From the IMG/VR virus record IMGVR_UViG_3300037504_000611, positions 1 to 53,700 of that record: a stretch of 53,700 bases of DNA, one strand, 5' to 3'. The notes under the pieces were generated by a model, which did not search any database, had not been told where the DNA came from, and saw only the letters and a list, made by a program, of their open reading frames with translations. Both the position numbers and the translations under genes were made by a program. Positions 43,755 to 51,959 of the stretch are shown one piece after another (within the stretch, counting starts at the first letter, position 1; each line of letters begins with the position of its first letter). This DNA comes from a virus (taxonomy: Duplodnaviria > Caudoviricetes).

Positions 43755-44014
43755 GCCACCCTCCTCTCTGGCCTGGTCCCGGAGGGCACACTCCGTTTTT
43801 CTCGTTCTTCAATCCTAATGGCCTCTTGCCGTGCAATCCATCGTAACCACTCGGACAGGTTCATCCCTTCCGCTGCAATCACTTCTAGCACATCAAACCT
43901 GTCAAGCAGTGCCCTGTGGGCAGCCCATCGGCCATTGATACCTACGCTTCGTCCGATGTATTGTTTGCCCGTAATCGTGTTGGTGATAGTGTAGATACCA
44001 CTGGTGTCAGGCAT
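43751..44014 (-). CDS. GIY-YIG N-terminal fragment fused to an RHH-like tail
   Basis: SGIYTITNTITGKQYIGRS...RWAAH, then AAEGMNLSEWLRWIA. Confidence 0.55.
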   Translation of the reverse strand: MPDTSGIYTITNTITGKQYIGRSVGINGRWAAHRALLDRFDVLEVIAAEGMNLSEWLRWIARQEAIRIEEREKRSVPSGTRPERRVA

Positions 44015-44240
44015 CGCGTATCCTCGCTTTCAACCGCTCCACTTCTGCCCGCCGATTTGCAAACTGCCGCATAACGCTCTCCGGGACAAGCATGCGGCCC
44101 TCTTCCCGTCCGTACGGTACGTAATCAAGCTGCCCTTCTTTTATCCACTGATAGACAGCCTGATTAGATACCCTCAACTCGTTCGCCACCTCTGTAACTG
44201 TCCAGAGGCGATCATCCGGATATCTGCTGTGTCGTTTCAC
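44007..44240 (-). CDS. HTH_17 (excisionase/Cro-like) regulator
   Basis: WTVTEVANELRVSNQAVYQWIKEGQL; first gene of the leftward operon. Confidence 0.85.
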   Translation of the reverse strand: MKRHSRYPDDRLWTVTEVANELRVSNQAVYQWIKEGQLDYVPYGREEGRMLVPESVMRQFANRRAEVERLKARIRDA

Positions 44241-44265
44241 GCCCCCTCCTTTCTATTATAGAGAC

Positions 44266-44294
44266 AGTATACATTACAAGTTGGTATATGTCAA
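44266..44294 (-). promoter_or_regulatory. Leftward early promoter
   Basis: TTGACA (44294-44289)-17-TATACT (44271-44266). Confidence 0.8.
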
Positions 44295-44308
44295 TCGCAA
44301 ATTAGTAC

Positions 44309-44337
44309 TTGACAGGTGTAAAGCACTATGCTATACT
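44309..44337 (+). promoter_or_regulatory. Rightward early promoter
   Basis: TTGACA-17-TATACT with extended -10 TG. Confidence 0.85.
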
Positions 44338-44375
44338 TATCTCAGTGAACAAAACAGCAGCGAGGAGATAGACAG

Positions 44376-44612
44376 ATGACAATCAAAGAAATACAGGAAC
44401 AGATGGCGGCAACGGTTCAAAAAGAGACGGGCGCAGAAGTCGAGATAACCTTTTTTAGCGATGCTCCATTGCGATTTTCGATGTTTACAATGGATGGAGA
44501 CAACTATCGCGCAGCAAAAAACTTGCTTGCTCAGACTGCCACTCTGGACAGCCAGGAAACTTATGAGGATGAAGAGGGCACTGAGTATTACGCATTTTTC
44601 ACGACGCTGTGA
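44376..44612 (+). CDS. Small acidic hypothetical protein
   Basis: 78 aa, SD GAGGAG. Confidence 0.7.
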   Translation: MTIKEIQEQMAATVQKETGAEVEITFFSDAPLRFSMFTMDGDNYRAAKNLLAQTATLDSQETYEDEEGTEYYAFFTTL

Positions 44613-44676
44613 CGAACAAAAAAGCCCGCCCGATGCGGAGGCACCAGGCGGGCAAGGCTCCTCAAGAAAGGACTTT

Positions 44677-45264
44677 ATGATGAACAAGATTATAACACTC
44701 CATCGCCTCGAAGACGGCAGCGGCGTCGAGTTTGAGGCCGAATTGAACGGTGTGCTCGTCGGCTACTACAACACTCGCCAGGAAGCTGAAGCGGCCCTCG
44801 ACGCACGCGCATACGAGTTGCTGGAATTGGAAGCCCGCCGTGCCCCGGTGGCTGAAGAAGCCAATGCACTGCCCGTCTTCAACCCCGACTGTGACCAGCT
44901 TACCAGCGCCTATGAGCAGGCCAGCGCCCGCGAGATGTCGCAGGCGTGGCGAAACGCCCTTGAGCGCGCATTTGACCTGCTGCTCGCCAGCGACGGCATT
45001 ACCGTTGAGTATGCCCCAGACGGCAGCATTGCCCACGCCTACATCCCCAGCCAGAGCGAAGCGGGCAAGACGCACCACGTCAACGGGCAATGCAATTGCA
45101 CGGCAGCGCAGCACGGCAAGCCGTGCGCACACAGGGCAGCGAAAAGGTTGCTGGCAATCTGCCACAACAACGCGGCGCGCCTGGAATTGCCGAAGCGAGA
45201 TAACGCTTTCCCGGCCTGGGCCACGCGGAAGCGGCCAGATGATTTGTTCAAGGATGAAGGCTGA
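44677..45264 (+). CDS. SWIM zinc-finger protein
   Basis: CNCTA...KPCAHRAA. Confidence 0.75.
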   Translation: MMNKIITLHRLEDGSGVEFEAELNGVLVGYYNTRQEAEAALDARAYELLELEARRAPVAEEANALPVFNPDCDQLTSAYEQASAREMSQAWRNALERAFDLLLASDGITVEYAPDGSIAHAYIPSQSEAGKTHHVNGQCNCTAAQHGKPCAHRAAKRLLAICHNNAARLELPKRDNAFPAWATRKRPDDLFKDEG

Positions 45265-45322
45265 AGCAGCAGTAAGCGGGTCGGGCGCGGTGCTCGGCCC
45301 TGACACCGAAAGGACAGATGAG

Positions 45323-45757
45323 ATGCATGTACACGCAGTAATTCAGATCAAGGACATCCCCTACATCGTCGGCGCTATCTTTCACGCGCAGCGCCTTATG
45401 GACGGACGGTTCGTGTTCCGCGAGACGCACCCGAATCGCATCACGATTTGCGGCCCCGACCAGTGCCACGTGTTGGAGGGCGAGGACATCCCGCCACAGT
45501 ATCGCGTACCGGAGACACAGCACCCGCGCCTGCGGACGGAATGGGACGAGGACGAACAGGGCAAGCTGAACGTCTGGTTCGGTCGTCTGTTCCAGCGCGG
45601 CGTTATCCGTCGCCGGGACGTGGACGGGGTGGCTGTCGGCTGGCAGGTGTGGGATCACAACGGGTACAAGGGCGAAGCGCCCAGCAGCGCGGAAGCAATG
45701 AGCTTCTTTGCCGGGCACGACTGTACGTGGGCACTTTATCCGGGGTATGGTTCTTAA
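45323..45757 (+). CDS. Hypothetical protein
   Basis: Starts MHVHAV after AAGGA. Confidence 0.55.
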   Translation: MHVHAVIQIKDIPYIVGAIFHAQRLMDGRFVFRETHPNRITICGPDQCHVLEGEDIPPQYRVPETQHPRLRTEWDEDEQGKLNVWFGRLFQRGVIRRRDVDGVAVGWQVWDHNGYKGEAPSSAEAMSFFAGHDCTWALYPGYGS

Positions 45758-45817
45758 CAGCGACAAGCGGTAGGTCGGAACGGTGCTGGCCTGCCTCATT
45801 AGAAAGGACAGAGACCA

Positions 45818-46003
45818 ATGGAACACCGATATGCAGGAATAAAAACCGAGATCATCGAACTCGCACGCGAGATTCTTCGTGCAGAGGGCTGTACCCGCCA
45901 TGCCGCGATGCTTTATGCATGTTCATTGGTAGACGAACTGTACGAGTTTGCTCGCCAGTGGGATGCCGCTGCCGCCGATGAGCGGGCCGTGGTTGAGGAA
46001 TGA
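45818..46003 (+). CDS. Hypothetical protein
   Basis: 61 aa, SD AAGGA. Confidence 0.55.
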   Translation: MEHRYAGIKTEIIELAREILRAEGCTRHAAMLYACSLVDELYEFARQWDAAAADERAVVEE

Positions 46004-46066
46004 GAACTGAGGCAGCAGCAAGCGGGTCGGCAATGGGTCGGTCCCTGATATGGAGAGAAAGAAACG

Positions 46067-46288
46067 GTGAACACATTACGTATGAACCAGCTTCGGGCGC
46101 AGGTCGAACGGGCTATTGAAAAGCTCGACCCGCTCTTGCAAGACGAATATGCAACCAGTGCATACCAGGCGCTTGCCGAGTTGACAAGAGAGCTTGGCAG
46201 GCTCATTATTCAACAAGACCGCGTCCTGGTGCTGGCGGAAGAATTAAACGACCTGCTGAGTGCCCGCAAAGGAGAATCAGGACTATGA
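46067..46288 (+). CDS. Hypothetical coiled-coil protein
   Basis: 73 aa, coupled to the next gene. Confidence 0.55.
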   Translation: MNTLRMNQLRAQVERAIEKLDPLLQDEYATSAYQALAELTRELGRLIIQQDRVLVLAEELNDLLSARKGESGL

Positions 46289-46668
46289 CAATCCTGGATA
46301 TGATGACACATTTAGAGGACTTGCATGCACGGCGACAACTGGCAGTGACGGAGCATGTAGAAGCAGTTAAAGAGATTATCCCTGCGGATATCCGCGCCAA
46401 CATAGAGGCACTGAATGCCGATTACGACAGCACGATGGAGGAGATAAACGACGCCATACGCGCCGCCGAAGACCGCGTGAAGCAGGCGGTTCTCAAGGCT
46501 GGCGAGACGGTCAAGGGCACGCGCTATCATGCCATCTGGTCTAAGCCGCGCGTTAGTTGGGATGACAAGCGCCTTGAGGAGTATTTCAGGGCAAACGACC
46601 CGAATGCGCTGGACCGTATGCGTAAGGTCGGCAAGCCATCGGTCAGTATCCGGCAAGTGAAGGCGTAG
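46285..46668 (+). CDS. Gp157/Gam-like coiled-coil protein
   Basis: Helical N-half, then RVSWDDKRLEEY...KPSVSIR. Confidence 0.45.
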   Translation: MTILDMMTHLEDLHARRQLAVTEHVEAVKEIIPADIRANIEALNADYDSTMEEINDAIRAAEDRVKQAVLKAGETVKGTRYHAIWSKPRVSWDDKRLEEYFRANDPNALDRMRKVGKPSVSIRQVKA

Positions 46669-46719
46669 CATACTATAGCGGGGGCATCGTTCGCATCGGT
46701 GCCCCAGGGAGGCCAGGAG

Positions 46720-46920
46720 ATGATACAGGTAGGAACGAAGGTCAGGCATCGAGTAGACGGGGTGGAGGGCTACGTTATCGCCATAGAGCGCGCCGGGGAT
46801 AGCGAGATAACAACAGAGATGGGCATAGCTCCTGATGAGCGCCTTGTTTGGGTGTGCTGGGATAACACCGGGGGAGAAGGGGACACGGAAAGCGAATCAG
46901 ACCTGGAGGTGATTGAGTGA
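46720..46920 (+). CDS. Small SH3-like hypothetical protein
   Basis: MIQVGTKVRHR...GYVIAIE...WVCWD; SD AGGAG. Confidence 0.55.
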   Translation: MIQVGTKVRHRVDGVEGYVIAIERAGDSEITTEMGIAPDERLVWVCWDNTGGEGDTESESDLEVIE

Positions 46921-47201
46921 ACATTATCAAACTAGGCGAACGGTACATCAATATGGACACAGTGAACGAGATCGAGTTTACCGAACGCGGCTGCGCGAAG
47001 CTCTACCTCAATATGTTGATGTGGAGCGGCGAAGGTGGGGGCGTGTTCGGGACTGATGGGCGGGAAAGTATCCAGATATCAGGCGAAGATGTGCGGCACC
47101 TGCGGACGTGGCTCGACCAGCACAGTGCCGACGCGGCTCGCTTTGCGGAGATAGTAGGTGTCTGTACGTCACACCCCAGTCAGTCTGATGCAGGTGTGTA
47201 G
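46917..47201 (+). CDS. Hypothetical protein
   Basis: 94 aa, GTGA overlap. Confidence 0.6.
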   Translation: MNIIKLGERYINMDTVNEIEFTERGCAKLYLNMLMWSGEGGGVFGTDGRESIQISGEDVRHLRTWLDQHSADAARFAEIVGVCTSHPSQSDAGV

Positions 47202-47482
47202 TGATGACCGACCTCTTCACCCTGGCCGGGGTGGACGTGCCCAGCACCGCCCCGGCCTACCTGGACACCCCGCTGGGGGCATTGTTGGAGATACAGCAGC
47301 AGAAAGAGAGGGAAATGGAAGACACAATCAAAGTACGGGTTTTTGTGGAACTGAACGGAGAGCATCGCGAAGAGACGGTTGTGATTTACCGCGCCGCTCT
47401 GGTAGAGTTCGAAGATAACGAAGAGCCGTTGTCGATTATGATAGGGCTTCTCGACAACTGGGGCTGGGAGGTTGTGCAATGA
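47201..47482 (+). CDS. Hypothetical acidic protein
   Basis: 93 aa within the operon. Confidence 0.5.
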   Translation: MMTDLFTLAGVDVPSTAPAYLDTPLGALLEIQQQKEREMEDTIKVRVFVELNGEHREETVVIYRAALVEFEDNEEPLSIMIGLLDNWGWEVVQ

Positions 47483-47877
47483 TCTTCATAAGTCCACTCT
47501 TTGAAAAAGTGCTCGACGGCAGCAAGACGCAGACGCGCCGCCCGGTGAAAGATGGACAGCGCCTTATTCACATAGGCATCAACGGGAACGATAAAGCGGT
47601 AAAACGAGAGTTTAACGGCAGCACTGTCAGAACCGTCTGGCGATGGGGAGAAACCTACGCCGTGCAGCCAGGGCGCGGCAAGCCCGCACAGGGCCGTATC
47701 CGAATCACGCTCATTCGCTACATCGACAAAGCCCGCCACATCACGATGGAAGACGCGGTAGCGGAGGGCTTCAGCACGCCAGAGGAGTTCCGCCAGCGCT
47801 GGGCGGAGATGTACGGAGAGCAGGCATTGAATGAGCCATGTTGGGCATTGACGTTTGAACCGGTTGGAACGACATAG
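47479..47877 (+). CDS. ASCH domain protein
   Basis: VLDGSKTQTRR, EDAVAEGF, WALTF. Confidence 0.85.
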   Translation: MIFISPLFEKVLDGSKTQTRRPVKDGQRLIHIGINGNDKAVKREFNGSTVRTVWRWGETYAVQPGRGKPAQGRIRITLIRYIDKARHITMEDAVAEGFSTPEEFRQRWAEMYGEQALNEPCWALTFEPVGTT

Positions 47878-47897
47878 CTACAAAATACACCGTAGCA

Positions 47898-47927
47898 ATA
47901 GCACATCTTGTGTGGGTGTGCTATAAT
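47898..47927 (+). promoter_or_regulatory. Extended -10 promoter with an inverted-repeat operator (candidate late promoter)
   Basis: TGcTATAAT 47919-47927; ATAGCACA 47898-47905 / TGTGCTAT 47917-47924. Confidence 0.6.
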
Positions 47928-47936
47928 GCCTCTATA

Positions 47937-47976
47937 AGGGCGCACTCACGATGGGATGAGTACGCCCTCATTTTTT
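47937..47976 (+). terminator. Terminator immediately after the promoter
   Basis: AGGGCGCACTCA / TGAGTACGCCCT stem, then CA and T6. Confidence 0.6.
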
Positions 47977-48027
47977 CCCTCGTGAGTGACCCCGAACTGA
48001 ACCGAATGCGACATAGATAGAACTATA

Positions 48028-48477
48028 TTGTTTCTCGCAGCACAACCCGGTATCCTGGAAGCCGCTACCTCACGCTTGCTTGACTACGGCGTGCTTGGTT
48101 TTTTTGCACTTCTCCTGCTGCTGGCAGGTTGGCGGCTCTGGCCGCGCCTTGAGCGCCTCATAGACAGCTACATCGAGAACGCTGCCAGGATGGCCGAGGC
48201 GCGCATAGCCAGGGAAGAGGAAGAGGAGCTAAGCGAGGCCGCAACCGCGAAGGCATTGCGGATGGCTTTACCAGCCATCACAGCGCAAATGGAGCGCATA
48301 GCCCGCACGATGGACAGTATGGACAAGCGCATTGAACGCCTGGAAAACACGCGTGCAGCGGTGTGTGACCCATCAACGTGCCGGTTTGCCCAGGCCGCCC
48401 TGGACGTGCAACGCGCTAGCGTAGCAGGCAGGCCCCTGGAACGGCGCACCGACCTGACATTGCAGGGGGAAACGTAG
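48028..48477 (+). CDS. Holin-like single-TM coiled-coil protein
   Basis: YGVLGFFALLLLLAGW TM followed by a coiled coil (BhlA/UviB-like layout); start codon uncertain. Confidence 0.45.
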   Translation: MFLAAQPGILEAATSRLLDYGVLGFFALLLLLAGWRLWPRLERLIDSYIENAARMAEARIAREEEEELSEAATAKALRMALPAITAQMERIARTMDSMDKRIERLENTRAAVCDPSTCRFAQAALDVQRASVAGRPLERRTDLTLQGET

Positions 48478-48771
48478 ATGCTCACACAAGACGACGCCTA
48501 TACGCTCGTTGAACTGCTCTACAACGTTCGCGAGAAATGCCAGGAGCAGTTGAGGCCAGTCCAACACGACCTGGATGCTGCTATACGGCTATGCGACCCT
48601 GAGGCGGGTGCCCACATCAGTCGTGCCAAACGGTTACTCATTGTCGCATACGGACAGGTTGACGCTGACCTGGAAATCGCCATCGCCAGACTGCGCCAGG
48701 AGGAAACCGAGGCCCGCGCACGCGAGGCGCATACGTCCGAATACACCGATCCGCGAAACGAGGTGCGATAG
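48478..48771 (+). CDS. Hypothetical protein
   Basis: 97 aa. Confidence 0.55.
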   Translation: MLTQDDAYTLVELLYNVREKCQEQLRPVQHDLDAAIRLCDPEAGAHISRAKRLLIVAYGQVDADLEIAIARLRQEETEARAREAHTSEYTDPRNEVR

Positions 48772-48808
48772 TGCAGATAGCAGGTGAAATGGGTATAGAA
48801 CGGCAGCC

Positions 48809-48964
48809 ATGTTTTTTGGCGCTGTGTTGGGTGGCGGATTTGCGGTGCTGGTTGCAATAAAAATGTTTGACCTGCTCGAGTGGGTTATTGATGGCATAGA
48901 ACGTATCCGCTATCGACACGAGCGCAGGGAGTTTTTTTGCGGCGAGGGAGACGCAACTAAGTGA
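48809..48964 (+). CDS. Small membrane protein (not in the ORF track)
   Basis: MFFGAVLGGGFAVLVAIKMFD..., 51 aa, GTGA overlap with the next gene. Confidence 0.45.
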   Translation: MFFGAVLGGGFAVLVAIKMFDLLEWVIDGIERIRYRHERREFFCGEGDATK

Positions 48965-49179
48965 CGACACACACCAACGTCACCATCGAATATCGCACCC
49001 GGCGGCTCTGGGCGCTTCACGCTACCGTCTGGCTTGCCAGACACTTGCCGCCGCGTGTCGGGTTTGCCCTGGCGCGCATTGTGGCTTGTTTGATTGTGGT
49101 GGTGGAGTTTCGTATGGGGACGCGTGAGGTGTGGCGGCGGGTGGCGGTAGATGAGTATATCGAGTATGGGGTGGAGTAG
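48961..49179 (+). CDS. Hypothetical protein
   Basis: 72 aa. Confidence 0.5.
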   Translation: MTTHTNVTIEYRTRRLWALHATVWLARHLPPRVGFALARIVACLIVVVEFRMGTREVWRRVAVDEYIEYGVE

Positions 49180-49197
49180 GTAGGCAAGGAGAACACT

Positions 49198-49380
49198 ATG
49201 TCAGAAGAAACATTTCACATGCAGATCGGCAAAGAACTGGAACAAATCCGCCGGAAGATCGCCGACAACAAGCCGAATGACCGCAGCGACGCAGACCGGA
49301 ATTACGCTATTGTGCTGACCGACCTGCAAAAAGTGCAGGCATTCTGGGTGACATATTGCGAGAGGATAGACGAGCAATGA
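49198..49380 (+). CDS. Hypothetical protein
   Basis: 60 aa, SD AAGGAG. Confidence 0.65.
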   Translation: MSEETFHMQIGKELEQIRRKIADNKPNDRSDADRNYAIVLTDLQKVQAFWVTYCERIDEQ

Positions 49381-49838
49381 CCCGTGATTATGACAGCACG
49401 CTGGATACAGTTACACACATCCTGCGTGTTCAAGGATTTCTCACTGAGGCGATCGTCAACCTTAATTGCCGTTCAATCAATCACGACTTGAGCAAACTGC
49501 AAGAGCCAGAGAAGCCTATGTTTGACCACTACACGCCGCTGTTGCGCGAAGTGGAATACGGAACAGATGAGTACAAACGCATTCTTGATGAGATGCGCAA
49601 AACTGCCTTGCAGCACCACTATGAACACAACAGCCACCACCCTGAGTATTACGAGGATGGCATACGCGGTATGTCATTGTTCGATGTATTGGAGATGCTT
49701 ATTGATTGGAAGGCGGCAAGTGAGCGGCATCCGTCTGGTGATATTCGCAAGTCTCTAGAGATGAACACACAACGCTGGGGGCTGTCTGATGATATGGCGC
49801 GCATCCTCGCAAACACGATAGAGGAGTTCGGCTGGTGA
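49377..49838 (+). CDS. DUF5662-like HD-related protein
   Basis: HDLSK, HHYEHNSHHPE, EMLIDWKAAS. Confidence 0.75.
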   Translation: MTRDYDSTLDTVTHILRVQGFLTEAIVNLNCRSINHDLSKLQEPEKPMFDHYTPLLREVEYGTDEYKRILDEMRKTALQHHYEHNSHHPEYYEDGIRGMSLFDVLEMLIDWKAASERHPSGDIRKSLEMNTQRWGLSDDMARILANTIEEFGW

Positions 49839-49933
49839 GTTTTGTAATGTTTTACATAGGCAGTGGGATTGTTTCTGTTTCGCTCTTGCTGATTGCAATG
49901 TTAGTGCGATGGCTGCCTGTGGCGAGGATGTGA
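49835..49933 (+). CDS. 32-aa hydrophobic peptide
   Basis: GTGA overlap, SD GAGGAG, single TM-like stretch. Confidence 0.35.
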   Translation: MSFVMFYIGSGIVSVSLLLIAMLVRWLPVARM

Positions 49934-49961
49934 TGACAGAACCGATAGGGAGTACAGATAG

Positions 49962-50210
49962 ATGAATACACACACCGATATAGATAACAAGCCGCTCGCT
50001 ATTGGCGATAGGGTGTATTGGTGCGCTGCCATCAATGACCATATGTTCGGCACCCTCCGCGCCTATGCAGAGCGACTGCAATTATTTACGGTTGAGTGGG
50101 ACGATGGAACCAGCGGAATGATGTCAGGCAATAAACTCACAAAAGTCGATGCTCAATTTATGGCTACTGATGAATACAGACGAGCTACGGAGCCGATATT
50201 CCTGAGATAA
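49962..50210 (+). CDS. Small SH3-like hypothetical protein
   Basis: LAIGDRV...TVEWDDG. Confidence 0.6.
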   Translation: MNTHTDIDNKPLAIGDRVYWCAAINDHMFGTLRAYAERLQLFTVEWDDGTSGMMSGNKLTKVDAQFMATDEYRRATEPIFLR

Positions 50211-50243
50211 TTATCAGCACCGTAGATGACGGACGGCAGGTGA

Positions 50244-51467
50244 ATGAACGAACCAACAGAGCACACACGCGGTATTGACACGCTTGTACCGCACCCGCGC
50301 AACTATAATCAGCACCCGCCTGCGCAGATTGAGCGGCTCGCCGCCAGTTTGCAGCAGTTCGGACAGGTGCGGCCTATTGTGGTGCATAAGAATACCATAA
50401 TCGCAGGCCACGGCGTATACCTGGCTGCACAGCACCTCAACTACCAGGCGTTGCGTGTCACCCAACTACCAGACGACTGGACAGACGAGCAGGCGATGGC
50501 TTATCTGGTGGCCGACAACGAGACGAGGCGCGGCGCAGAACCCGACGATGCCGAACTGGCGGCGCTGCTTGATGAGTTGCGTCCGTCGTTTGACCTGGGT
50601 AGCCTGGGTTTTGATGAGGCCGAATATAGCGCGCTGTTGGATGGGTTGACGCCAGACCTGCCCGAACCAGGCGGCGGCGGTGATGAGTTTGAACCCGATG
50701 AGGCCGCGCCCTGCCGGGTGCAGACGGGTGACGTGTGGCTGATTGGCGGCGTGCATCGCCTGATCTGTGGAGACTGCACCGACCCGGCAACGGTGGATCG
50801 GTTGATGCAGGGCGAGCGGGCCGACATGGTGTTTACCGACCCGCCCTATAATCTAGCAGATAGTGACAAGTTGCTAGCCGCCAGTGCCATATCTGATAGT
50901 TATGGTGTCTTAAAGGATAGTGCATGGGATAAGGCGTTTGATCCAGAGCCAGCACTAAGGCAATTGTTGCGCATATTGGCCCCTGATTGTGTTGTGTATA
51001 TTTGTACGTCTCAATTCTTGGCAGGTGCTATATGGGGTTGGATGGCGCAATGGGCAGACTTTTATAATTATGTGGTTTGGTGCAAGCCCAATCCAATGCC
51101 ATCATTGACGGGGCGACATTGGACATGGGGGACAGAGTTGATTTGTTATGCAACACGAGGGAAGCATGCCTTTAATGGTGTCCAGGGTTCTCACTTGTTG
51201 AACTGGTGGCAGATCAATCGTGCATCTCATGTTTCAGAACATCCAACCGAAAAGCCTGTCCAAGTACCCTGTCATGCTATAGAACACAGTAGCAACAAAA
51301 GCAATCTTGTCCTTGACCCCTTCCTCGGCTCCGGCACAACCATCATCGCCGCCCACCGTACCGGGCGCCGCTGCTACGGCTGCGAGATATCGCCGGAGTA
51401 TTGCGAGGTCATACTGCAACGCTGCGAGGCCGAGGGGTTGACGGTGGAACGAGTAGAACAGGGCTAG
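50244..51467 (+). CDS. ParB-like N-terminal domain plus N6/N4 DNA methyltransferase
   Basis: PRNYNQH, IIAGHG, ADN; HRLICGD, FTDPPY, HPTEKP, DPFLGSGTT. Confidence 0.9.
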   Translation: MNEPTEHTRGIDTLVPHPRNYNQHPPAQIERLAASLQQFGQVRPIVVHKNTIIAGHGVYLAAQHLNYQALRVTQLPDDWTDEQAMAYLVADNETRRGAEPDDAELAALLDELRPSFDLGSLGFDEAEYSALLDGLTPDLPEPGGGGDEFEPDEAAPCRVQTGDVWLIGGVHRLICGDCTDPATVDRLMQGERADMVFTDPPYNLADSDKLLAASAISDSYGVLKDSAWDKAFDPEPALRQLLRILAPDCVVYICTSQFLAGAIWGWMAQWADFYNYVVWCKPNPMPSLTGRHWTWGTELICYATRGKHAFNGVQGSHLLNWWQINRASHVSEHPTEKPVQVPCHAIEHSSNKSNLVLDPFLGSGTTIIAAHRTGRRCYGCEISPEYCEVILQRCEAEGLTVERVEQG

Positions 51468-51470
51468 TAT

Positions 51471-51959
51471 GTGCTACCAGAACAGCTACCAACCGAGAGC
51501 GCCAAAGCCTACGCCGCGTTTGTGGCGTACTGCGAAATGGGCAGCCAGCGCAGCCTGGAGAAACTCTGCCAAAAATGGGGCAAAAACGGGGCATATGTGG
51601 GGCAATTGGAACGCTGGTCATCACAACACCGCTGGCAGGAGCGAGTACGCCAGTACGACGCGGCGGTCCTGGAAGAGCACAACGCCGCCCTGCGCGCAAA
51701 GCGCAATCAGGAGATCGAACGCCTACGGCAAGATGCGCTGCTTGATGCCAAAACGCTGCGCCAGTTGGGTCGTGGCATGTCGGGCAAGCTTGGCGAGACG
51801 ATCAGGGATATGCAGCCAGGAGACATAGAGGCGAAGCACGTTGCCTCGCTCCTGCGCACGATAGCACAATCATTAGAGGCCGCAACCAATATAGACGCGG
51901 CGGCACTTGGCATAGATGAGGCACTGGAACATGCCCGGAACACTGACACGACAGAGTAG
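51471..51959 (+). CDS. terS: Terminase small subunit
   Basis: ESAKAYAAFVAY...RSLEK...WSSQHRWQERV HTH-like N-terminus directly upstream of TerL. Confidence 0.7.
   Translation: MLPEQLPTESAKAYAAFVAYCEMGSQRSLEKLCQKWGKNGAYVGQLERWSSQHRWQERVRQYDAAVLEEHNAALRAKRNQEIERLRQDALLDAKTLRQLGRGMSGKLGETIRDMQPGDIEAKHVASLLRTIAQSLEAATNIDAAALGIDEALEHARNTDTTE

Noticed and set aside
44007-44240. Excisionase implying an integration module
   Set aside because: No integrase or att-like site was recognised; HTH_17 proteins are often plain regulators
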